The notes under the pieces were generated by a model. The model was not told where the DNA came from and did not search any database. It worked only from the letters and a program-made list of their open reading frames with translations. This document shows, one piece after another, positions 28,125 to 37,637 of a DNA stretch of 64,000 nucleotides. Position numbers and translations under genes: made by a program. The first letter of the stretch is position 1. Each line of letters starts with the position of its first letter. The DNA is from Squalus acanthias (Eukaryota), in the NCBI GenBank assembly GCA_030390025.1, contig CM059432.1, forward strand, positions 151,344,001 through 151,408,000, in the 5' to 3' direction.

Positions 28125-28506
28125 GAGCTCCGGCACGGCAAGAGAGCCCCAGGTGGGCAGAGGAAACGCTTCAAGGACACCCTCAAAGCCTCCTTGAAAA
28201 AGTGTAACATCCCCACCGACACCTGGGAATCCCTGACCCAAGACCACACAAAGTGGAGGAGAAGCATCCGGGAAGGCACCGAACACCTCGAGTCTCTTCG
28301 CCGGGAGCAAGCGGAAGCCAAGCGGAAGGAGCGCAAGGAGCGCACGTCAACCCAAGCACCCCACCCACCCGCCCCTTCAACCACCGTCTGCCCCACCTGT
28401 GACAGAGACTGTAGATCCCGCATTGGACTCATCAGTCACCTGAGAACTCATTTTTAATGTGGAAACAAGTTATCCTTGGTCCTGAGGGACTGCCTAAGAA
28501 GAAGAA
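28125..28506 (+). mobile_element. RTE-clade LINE 3' end with C-terminal C2H2 zinc finger
   Basis: ELRHGKRAPGGQRKRFKDTLK...CPTCDRDCRSRIGLISHLRTH and a (gaa)n tail. 18-bp TSD ggcagatg(g/a)agtataatg at 28107-28124 and 28507-28524. Confidence 0.9.
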
Positions 28507-30111
28507 GGCAGATGAAGTATAATGTGGGGAAATGTGAGGTTATTCACTTTGGTAGGAAGAATAAAAAAATAGAATAATTTTAACTGGTGAGAGATTGGGA
28601 AATGTTGGTGTTCAGAGGGATTTGGGGGTCCTTGTACACAAATCACTGAAAGTTAACATGCAGTCACAGCAAGCAATTAGGAAAGCAAATGGTATGTTAG
28701 CCTTTATTACAAAGGGATTGGAGTATAAGAGTAAAGAAGTCTTACTCCAGTTATATAGGGCCTTGACACCACACCTGGAGTATTGTGTAGAGTTTTGGTC
28801 TCCTTACCTAAGGAAGGATATACTTGCCATAGAGGGAGTGCAACGAAGGTTCACCAGATTGATTCCTGGGATGGGGGGATTGTCCTATGAGGACAGATTG
28901 AGTAGACTAGGCCTATATTCTCTAGAGTTTAGAAGAATGAGAGGTGATCTCATTGAAACATATAAAAAATTTTAAGGGGCTTGACAGAGTAGATGCAGGG
29001 AGGATGTTTCCCCTGGCTGGGGAGTCTAGAACCAGGGGTCACAGTCTTAAGATAAGGGGTCAGCCATTTAGGACTGAGATGAGGAGAAATGTCTTCACTC
29101 AGAGGGTGGTGAATCTTTGGAATTCTCTACCCCAGAGGGCTGTGGAGGCTCAGTCGTTGAGTATATTCAAGATAGAGATCGCTAGCTTTCTGGATACTAA
29201 GGGAATCAGGGGATATATTTCTTATATGGGGCTAGTGAGGGAAGGTGGAGTTGAGGTAGAAGGTCAGCCATGATCTTATTGAATGGCGGAGCAGGCTCGA
29301 GGGCCAAATGGCTTAATCCTGCTCCTATTTCTAATGTTCTTATCCCTAACAGGTGTTTTCCTTGTCAATGTGGGGTTCATGGGTAGGATTAACTTCACAA
29401 GGTTTTGACGATTGCTTCTAATTGGAGTTTATGCTACTCTGTTTCTTGTGGTTTAGCCAAGTTATATGGAAAATGAGTTTAATCTTCCTAGGCAGGATTG
29501 TGTAGTATTCCCAACATTGTCAGTCAGTATTAAGAATGTTTTTGTAGGAATCTAGTGATGCAAGGGATCCTCAGCGACCCTCCAGTCTGTATAGAACTGA
29601 ACTGTGTTGGAGTGAGATTCAGGGATCGAGTCCGCTGTAGGACAAAAGCTGGTAAGACCCTGCATCCAATGATAGAGAGCACTGACAGAACTAACAGCAA
29701 GCCAGGGGAAAACATTTTGCAAGCAGAGAAAGTAATTAGATTCTTTTTGTATAAAAATATCAGAAGAAGTCAAAACATGAACTCTTCAACTATCTGCAAG
29801 GTAATTTTTTGACAGGAAAGCTGACATGTACAAGGGGTTGTTTACATGTGTGATTCACATTTGTTAAAGCAAACATTTATTTATTTAAGTTCTAACATGG
29901 AATCAACTGACCCCCATCACTCTCCTCCTCCTTTCTCAGGAATACTACGCTGGTTTGGTTCTTACTCCCAGTGTGCGAGCCTAGGGTTAGGTGTCTGAGT
30001 CCACTGGACTCCCAGCATTCTCTCTAAATCTGATCCACAGTTGAACAATGCAAGTTATTGTCACTTTGCCCACGTGGCCTACACCACTTACAGGAATAAT
30101 CCAGTCACAGT

Positions 30112-32841
30112 CCTGAGCTGCCCTTCTCTCCCCCTGAGCTCCCCTTCTCTCTCCCCTGAGCTCCCCTTCTCTCTCCCCCTGAGCTCCCCTTCTCTCTCCC
30201 TGAGCTCCCCTTCTCTCCCCCCCTGAGCTCCCCTTCTCTCTCCCCTGAGCTCCCCTTCTCTCTCCCCTGAGCTCCCCTTCTCTCCCCTGAGCTCCCCTTC
30301 TCCCCCTGAGCTCCCCTTCTCTCTCCCCCTGAGCTCCCCTTCTCCCCCTGAGCTCCCTTCTCCCCCTGAGCTCCCCTTCTCCCCCTGAGCTCCCCTTCTC
30401 TCTCCCCCTGAGCTCCCCTTCTCTCTCCCTGAGCTCCCCTTCTCTCTCCCTGGGCTCCCCTTCTCTCTCCCCCTGAGCTCCCCTTCTCCCCCTGAGCTCC
30501 CCTTCTCCCCCTGAGCTCCCCTTCTCTCTCCCCCTGAGCTCCCCTTCTCTCCCCCTGAGCTCCCCTTCTCCCTCTGAGCTCCCCTTCTCTCTCCCCCTGA
30601 GCTCCCCTTCTCTCTCCCCCTGAGCTCCCCTTCTCTCTCTCACCGAGCTCCCCTTCTCTCTCCCTGAGCTCCCCTTCTCTCTCCCTGAGCTCCCCTTCTC
30701 TCCCCCTGAGCTCCCCTTCTCTCCCCCTGAGCTCCCCTTCTCTCCCCCCTGAGCTCCCCTTCTCTCTCCCTGAGCTCCCCTTCTCTCTCCCTGAGCTCCC
30801 CTTCTCTCTCCCTGAGCTGCCCTTCTCTCTCCCCGAGCTCCCCTTCTCTCTCCCTGAGCTCCCCTTCTCTCTCCCTGAGCTCCCCTTCTCTCCCCCTGAG
30901 CTGCCCTTCTCTCTCCCCCTGAGCTCCCCTTCTCTCCCCCTGAGCTCCCCTTCTCTCCCCCTGAGCTCCCCTTCTCTCTCCCCCTGAGCTGCCCTTCTCT
31001 CTCTCCCTGAGCTCCCCTTCTCTCTCTCCCTGAGCTCCCCTTCTCTCTCCCTGAGCTCCCCTTCTCTCTCCCTGAGCTGCCCTTCTCTCTCCCCGAGCTC
31101 CCCTTCTCTCTCCCTGAGCTCCCCTTCTCTCTCCCTGAGCTCCCCTTCTCTCCCCCTGAGCTGCCCTTCTCTCTCCCCCTGAGCTCCCCTTCTCTCCCCC
31201 CTGAGCTCCCCTTCTCTCTCCCTGAGCTCCCCTTCTCTCTCTCCCTGAGCTCCCCTTCTCTCCCCCTGAGCTCCCCTTCTCTCCCCCTGAGCTGCCCTTC
31301 TCTCCTCCCCTGAGCTCCCCTTCTCTCTCCCTGAGCTCCCCTTCTCTCTCTCCCTGAGCTCCCCTTCTCTCCCCCTGAGCTCCCCTTCTCTCCCCCTGAG
31401 CTCCCCTTCTCTCTCCCCCTGAGCTGCCCTTCTCTCTCTCCCTGAGCTCCCCTTCTCTCTCCCCGAGCTCCCCTTCTCTCTCCCTGAGCTCCCCTTCTCT
31501 CTCTCCCTGAGCTCCCCTTCTCTCCCCCCTGAGCTCCCCTTCTCTCCCCCTGAGCTCCCCTTCTCTCTCCCCTGAGCTCCCCTTCTCTCCCCCTGAGCTC
31601 CCCTTCTCTCCCCCTGAGCTCCCCTTCTCTCTCCCTGAGCTCCCCTTCTCTCCCCCCTGAGCTCCCCTTCTCTCCCCCTGAGCTCCCCTTCTCTCTCCCC
31701 TGAGCTCCCCTTCTCTCCCCCTGAGCTCCCCTTCTCTCTCCCTGAGCTCCCCTTCTCTCTCCCTGAGCTCCCCTTCTCTCTCCCTGAGCTCCCCTTCTCT
31801 CTCCCTGAGCTCCCCTTCTCTCCCCCTGAGCTCCCCTTCTCTCCCTGAGCTCCCCTTCTCTCTTTCCCTGAGCTCCCCTTCTCTCTCTCCCTGAGCTCCC
31901 CTTCTCTCTCCCTGAGCTCCCCTTCTCTCTCCCCCTGAGCGCCCCTTCTCTCCCCCTGAGCTCCCCTTCTATCTCCCCCTGAGCTCCCCTTCTCTCTCTC
32001 CCTGAGCTCCCCTTCTCTCTCCCCCTGAGCTCCCCTTCTCTCTCCCTGAGCTCCCCTTCTCTCTCCCCCTGAGCTCCCCTTCTCTCTCCCTGAGCTCCCC
32101 TTCTCTCCCCCTGAGCTCCCCTTCTCTCTCTCCCTGAGCTCCCCTTCTCTCTCTCCCTGAGCTCCCCTTCTCTCTCTCTGAGCTCCCCTTCTCTCTCCCC
32201 CTGAGCTCCCCTTCTCTCCCCGAGCTCCCCTTCTCTTTCCCCGAGCTCCCCTTCTCTCTCTCCCTGATCTCCCCTTCTCTCTCCCTGAGCTCCCCTTCTC
32301 TCTCCCCCTGAGCTCCCCTTCTCTCTCCCTGAGCTCCCCTTCTCTCCCCCTGAGCTCCCCTTCTCTCCCCCTGAGCTCCCCTTCTCTCCCCGAGCTCCCC
32401 TTCTCTTTCCCCGAGCTCCCCTTCTCTCTCTCCCTGATCTCCCCTTCTCTCTCCCTGAGCTCCCCTTCTCTCTCCCCCTGAGCTCCCCTTCTCTCTCCCT
32501 GAGCTCCCCTTCTCTCCCCCTGAGCTCCCCTTCTCTCTCCCTGAGCTCCCCTTCTCTCTCCCTGGGCTCCCCTTCTCTCTCCCCCTGAGCTCCCCTTCTC
32601 TCTCCCTGAGCTCCCCTTCTCTCTCCCCCTGAGCTCCCCTTCTCTCTCCCTTGGCTCCCCTTCTCTCTCTCCCTGAGCTCCCCTTCTCTCCCCCTGAGCT
32701 CCCCTTCTCTCCCTGAGCTCCCGTTCTCTCTCCCTGAGCTCCCCTTCTCTCTCCCCCTGAGCGCCCCTTCTCTCCCCCTGAGCTCCCCTTCTATCTCCCC
32801 CTGAGCTCCCCTTCTCTCCCCCTGAGCTGCCCTTCTTTCCC
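30112..32841. repeat. Minisatellite with a ~19-23 bp unit ctgagctccccttc(tc)nccc, roughly 125-130 copies
   Basis: Directly visible; strongly pyrimidine-rich on the + strand. Confidence 0.98.
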
Positions 32842-33017
32842 AAATTAGATACTTATTTATTCACAAAACTGTGAATGTGAGAGGAACTAATTTATTTCTT
32901 TAATTTATCGATTTGCAGTGGGTAAGGAAAATACAATTTATTTTCCAGGAACCAATCAAAAACTATTTTGATTTAAAAACATTGGGTCTGATAATGTGGG
33001 CCCAGTACACTGGTACA

Positions 33018-33222
33018 CGGAAGCCAAGCGCAAACAGCGGAAGGAGCGCACGTCAACCCAAGCACCCCACCCACCCGCCCCTTCAACCACCGTCTGCCCC
33101 ACCTGTGACAGAGACTGTAGGTCCCGCACTGGACTCATCAGTCACCTGAGAACTCATTTTTAATGTGGAAGCAAGTCATCCTCGGTTCCGAGGGACTGCC
33201 TAAGAAGAAGAGAAGAAGAAGA
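33018..33222 (+). mobile_element. Second, shorter RTE 3' end of the same family as 28125
   Basis: Near-identical to about 28312-28506; (gaa)n tail. Confidence 0.9.
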
Positions 33223-34135
33223 TTCATCAGGCACGAGTCAGACCGCGTCTCAAATGAGCTAACACTGCTTACATAACAACAGCTGATGGACTTCAAATGT
33301 CATTAATTATTTGGGAACATAGGAATTTCTAGACGCAAAAAGACCCAGGTCCATCTCGTTCACCTTCTACCATCCTATGGTGGTCGCACGATACAATGAT
33401 ACTGGAGTTGTTGACTAATCACAGCAATCAATCTCTATCAATGAGTCTACAACAGACTCAGACATGAGGCGAGGGAAACCCCCAGTGGTGGAGAGCTTTG
33501 GGAACCAGAGGTCCAAAGTCACCTGTTGCTCCCACTCATGCTACACTCACCATATGTTATATCTCAAATTATTCACAAAGTATAAACCAAAATATTATTT
33601 TCTGAAATAAATATTTCCAATTTAGACTACTTTAAGACACCTTGATGTGATAAGGCACTCTATAATGCTCTAAAATCTTATTGTTTACACACACATGCAG
33701 CCATCATGTAAAATATGTGGTATTAAAATAAAACAATAAAAACCACCAGAATCCATTTCAAATTAACACAACCTTCTGTCCCACTCCATAATTGCAAAGA
33801 TTTAGCTAAGAGGGAAAGTCAGCAAAAATCATCATCACTGCAGAGGTGAGTGCTTCCAAGTGTCATTAGAAACATTTATAAATTACCTCAGAATCAAAGG
33901 AGTTGCCATGGAAGTGGAAAGCTCTGTGGATTTAAGCTTACATTCCAGGGCCCTCTATTATTGAGAGTTTTATCTGAGATCAGGGGACAACATTCCTAAC
34001 TGGTAAAGAGTGCTGTGACCATTCGTAAACGTGAATAAATTCATAAACAGGACCCCCAGCGATGTAATTTCCTGGTTTATTTCTGTGTATTTCTTCAATA
34101 ACTTAATTGTGCTACCCATTGCAACCAAACATTAT

Positions 34136-36425
34136 GGGCTAAAAATTCCAGAGCACTGGAAACTTGCCGGTGCCACTGCATGCCACAGTTAACCTCTGCC
34201 GAAATTAATAGCGCTGGCAACACCGGTATATTGGTGCTGCTTCCTAATTAACATTAGCGCGGCACTAAACTTACTGTGTAAGGCCGGTTTTTGGGCGGTA
34301 GTCACAGCAGGAGGCCCAATGTATCGTGGCCGTAGCGTCCCTGGAGCAAGAACAGCCTTCTCTTAAAGCAAGACTGTCGTTTTAGAAAGCAGTGTCAGTC
34401 CCTTAAAGAGGAACTGCCTTCAAAAATGAAAAAAATAAAAATCATTTAAAAACAGGCAGTCTTTAGCCCTTAGAGCCCGACTGCCTTCTGAAATAAAAAC
34501 TGTTAAAAATAATTCCCAAATGGGAGTCTTTAGCTCTGAAAGCTGAATTGCCTTCTGCACCTTAAAAAAATGGTTAAAGTGTTTCAGCACTAACACAAAT
34601 GGCTCAGCAAGCCAGGGAAGGGGCTGTAGGTAAGTGAACCCACACCTCCCATCTTATAATTCCAGAATCCGACTTGAACCCCTTCTGGGTGGAGTAGAAT
34701 GTTCAAGGCTCACAAACCCAGTACAACTCAGTATGCCTTTAACTATTTATTGTACTATGAATAACATACAAACATCAATGCACTGTTCCCTTATAACTCC
34801 AAACAAGACTAACATCCACCATTCCCTTTAACTCTTTAATTTCAAACACCACTCACCCCGGCGATCATGTGGAGGAGTCTGTTTCCATCTGTACAGGTGA
34901 TCAAACCCTCCGCAGTTTTCATTGCAAGTTGCCCCGTTCCCTTTCTAAACACACCCTTTTATAATACAAAAGATCAAAACCCGTGACAATAGATTGACGC
35001 AAACCCTTCCCCTTTTGATTGGACCATCTTAATCTCGTCTTTCTGCCATTCTGTTCGATTTCAAACTATACAATACAAAAAGAAATGTCTTCATCCTGTT
35101 TGATGTTCGACCATTATCACACAAAGAAATGTCTTGATTAAAGACACTTCCTTACTTATCATCAGTTTGAAAGGTTAGTGAATGGGTTTCAATCCAACGA
35201 CAATCCTGGCATTAACATTTCCAAAAGATGAGGGAGCCGTTCCAGCCTCGGTGGAACCAATTGTAAGTCTGGTTAACAGCTGGACCAAGGAGTTTCGCTG
35301 GACAGGATAGTCAGTTGAATTTACACAAACACATGCTATTGTGTGGTTTGATGGTTCCAGCCACTTCCTTGGTTAGTATATTCATGAAGTAAAAAAGTGT
35401 TGTGTCTGTGGTTCTTATGCTGTTTAATCCCGAGCGTGTATTACAAATTCCTTTTAAAAGTCTCGTTGGTTCCTCGTGTTAGGCTGGGATACGAAGTTTG
35501 GTCAGTTTCTTATGATTGGTCAATTTCACAAAACTGCCTTCACAGTCCAGCCATTTGACCCTTTAATGTTGGTATCATTTAAGTTGAATGCCTTCTTGCT
35601 GCAGGAACTGGCTACAGGGCACCCAGGGTCTCGTACGCAGCACTCCAGCTTTGTGCAGGGGGTCAACACTGAGAGAGAGGTCCTCTACCCACAGGGGTCA
35701 GGAGGCCCTCCAGAAAGAATGATGTGGGATCAGATCACCGAGGCTATCACTGCCAGCAGTGTCGCTCCCACACCTGGCTCCAGTGCCCAAAGAAGCTTCA
35801 TGACCTCAGACCAGTGATCAAGGTCAGTGAATGCATCTTCAAAAGCCGTCTCCTACCAACTGCAACACTAGCCTCAGACACTGCTCAATGCACGACTTCC
35901 CCCGCCCCCCCCGCCACCCCCAATCACTCACCTATCAACAATCTGTACCAAACACAAGGCACACCTCCCATTCCTAGCTTCACCTCAGCCCCTTGGAAAG
36001 GACATGGCTGAGCCCTTGGCCAGCAGCGGGGCTGAAAGGATACAAGACGCTGGTATCCTCATACGTTATTCTCCTTCTCACATGCACGCTTGCTTTCCTG
36101 CCTTCCCTCACCACAACTCCACCCTTGTGCCTTCTTCATTTCACACACCCAAGAAATGCAGCCTGTCCAGCCAGTGAATGACTAAGAAGAGGAGAGGAGA
36201 GGAGAGTGAAGAAGAAGAAGAAGAAGAAACACCATCCCTTGATTTGACACTCCCAGCCACCAGCTGCTCAAGGTCCACCAGCAAGGCCATTTGCAGGGTC
36301 CCCCACTGAAGGTCAGCGCCTTCCACCAGCCATGCTGCAGCCACTGGGGTAGCACTGCGTGACATCACTAGGATAGGAAAAGGCACACACAAGACAGTCA
36401 CTAAGGGTATGCATAAGGGTGATGA
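34136..36425 (+). mobile_element. Harbinger remnant with degraded Myb/SANT-like gene, interrupted by a solo LTR
   Basis: Terminus gggctaaaaattcc. After removing the LTR the exon reads MAQQAREGAPRVSYAAL; then REVLYP..MWDQI..WLQCPKKLHDLRPVIK followed by the donor gtcagt. Confidence 0.75.
34625..35616 (-). mobile_element. Solo LTR, 992 bp
   Basis: TGTAG...CTACA termini; GGGC TSD at 34621-34624 and 35617-35620. Minus-strand CCAAT (35018-35022), TATAAAA (34957-34963) and AATAAA (34746-34751) occur in LTR order. Confidence 0.82.
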
Positions 36426-36924
36426 GTTGATTTCTTGATGTCTTGATTTCTTGATGTCATATTAGATGGATAGATGTATAAAGTTGGATTGAAAAGCTCC
36501 ATATCTGAATGCACGCAGCATTCGTAACAAGATAGATGAGTTGGCAGCACAAATAGAAATAAATGGGTATGATCTGATAACCATTACAGAGACGTGGTTG
36601 CAAGGTGACCAAGGCTGGGAACTGAATATTCAGGGGTATTTGCCATTTCATAAGGATAGGCAGAAAACAAAGGGAGGTGGTGTAGCTCTGTTAATAAGGG
36701 ATGAGATCAGTGCAGTAGTGAGAAATGATATTGGCCTAGAAGATCAAGACGTAGAAACAGTTTGGGTGGAGATAAGAAATAATAAGGGTAAGAAGTCACT
36801 GGTGGGATTGGTCTACAGGCCCCCAAACAGGAGCCACACTGTAGGACCGAGTATAAATCAAGAAATAATAGAGGCTCGTAAGAAAGGTACGGCTATAATC
36901 ATGGGAGATTTTAATCTTCATATT

Positions 36925-37229
36925 CACACACAGAATCCCCACAGTGCAGATAGAGGCCATTTCAGCCCATCGAGCCTGCACCGACACATATCCCACCCTA
37001 TCCCCGTAACCCCACGTATTTAATCCACCTAACACTAAGGGTCAATTTATCATAGCCAAATCAACCTAACCCACACATCTTTGGACTGTGGGAGGAAGCC
37101 GGAGCACCCGGAGTAAACCCACGCAGACACGGGGAGAATGTGCAAACTCCACACAGACAGTCAGCCGAGGCCGGATTCGAACCCGGGTCCCTGGCGCTGT
37201 GAGGCAACAGTGCTAACCACTATGCCACC
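36925..37229 (-). mobile_element. tRNA-derived V-SINE (HE1-like) with CR1-type tail
   Basis: Minus strand: A box tggcatagtgg, B box ggttcgaatcc, V-domain ctgtgtggagtttgcacattctccccgtg; ATATT TSD at 36920-36924 and 37230-37234. Confidence 0.9.
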
Positions 37230-37558
37230 ATATTGATTGGACAAAGCCAAATTGGCAAAGGTAGACTTGAGGAAGAGTTCTTCGAGTGTATAAGGGATGG
37301 TTTCTTGGAACAATACGTTGTGGAACCAACCAGGGAGAAGACTATTTTAGATCTGGTAATATGTAACGAGGTTGGATTAATTAATGATCTCGAAGTGAAG
37401 GATCCTCTTGGGAAGAGTGATCATAGCATGGTAGAATTTCAAATTCAGTTTGAGGGTGAGAAAGCTAGATCTCAAACTAGTATCCTGAACCTAACTGGGG
37501 TGGACAAATGTGAGAAGTCGCACAACACCAGGTTATAGTCCAACAGCTTTATTTGAAA

Positions 37559-37595
37559 TCACAAGCTTTCGGAGCGCTGCTCCTTCGTCAGGTGA
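37559..37595 (-). ncRNA. Minimal type I hammerhead ribozyme (mirror copy)
   Basis: Reverse complement reads tcacCTGACGAaggagcagcgctccGAAAgcTTgtga. Confidence 0.8.
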
Positions 37596-37600
37596 AGTCT

Positions 37601-37637
37601 TCACCTGACGAAGGAGCAGTGCTCCGAAAGCTTGTGA
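37601..37637 (+). ncRNA. Minimal type I hammerhead ribozyme
   Basis: tcac-CTGACGA-a-ggagc(agt)gctcc-GAAA-gc-TT-gtga; stem I tcac/gtga, stem II ggagc/gctcc. Confidence 0.8.

Larger units (their letters stand above)
22141..29343 (+). mobile_element. Older CR1 host carrying three nested insertions
   Basis: Segments 22141-22261, 25284-26555, 27272-28124 and 28525-29343 join into a colinear inter-ORF, EN, RT, tail order. Confidence 0.85.

Noticed and set aside
29760..30110. Splice-like sites (aag|gtaatt, tttctcag, minus-strand gtaagt)
   Set aside because: No coherent exon chain or recognisable protein.
30105..32843. 912-aa G/E/R-rich ORF
   Set aside because: Translation of a purine-rich minisatellite strand that lacks stop codons by composition; no domain or gene context.
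37160..37229. tRNA gene
   Set aside because: The A/B boxes continue into the V-SINE core and CR1 tail, so this is a SINE head.
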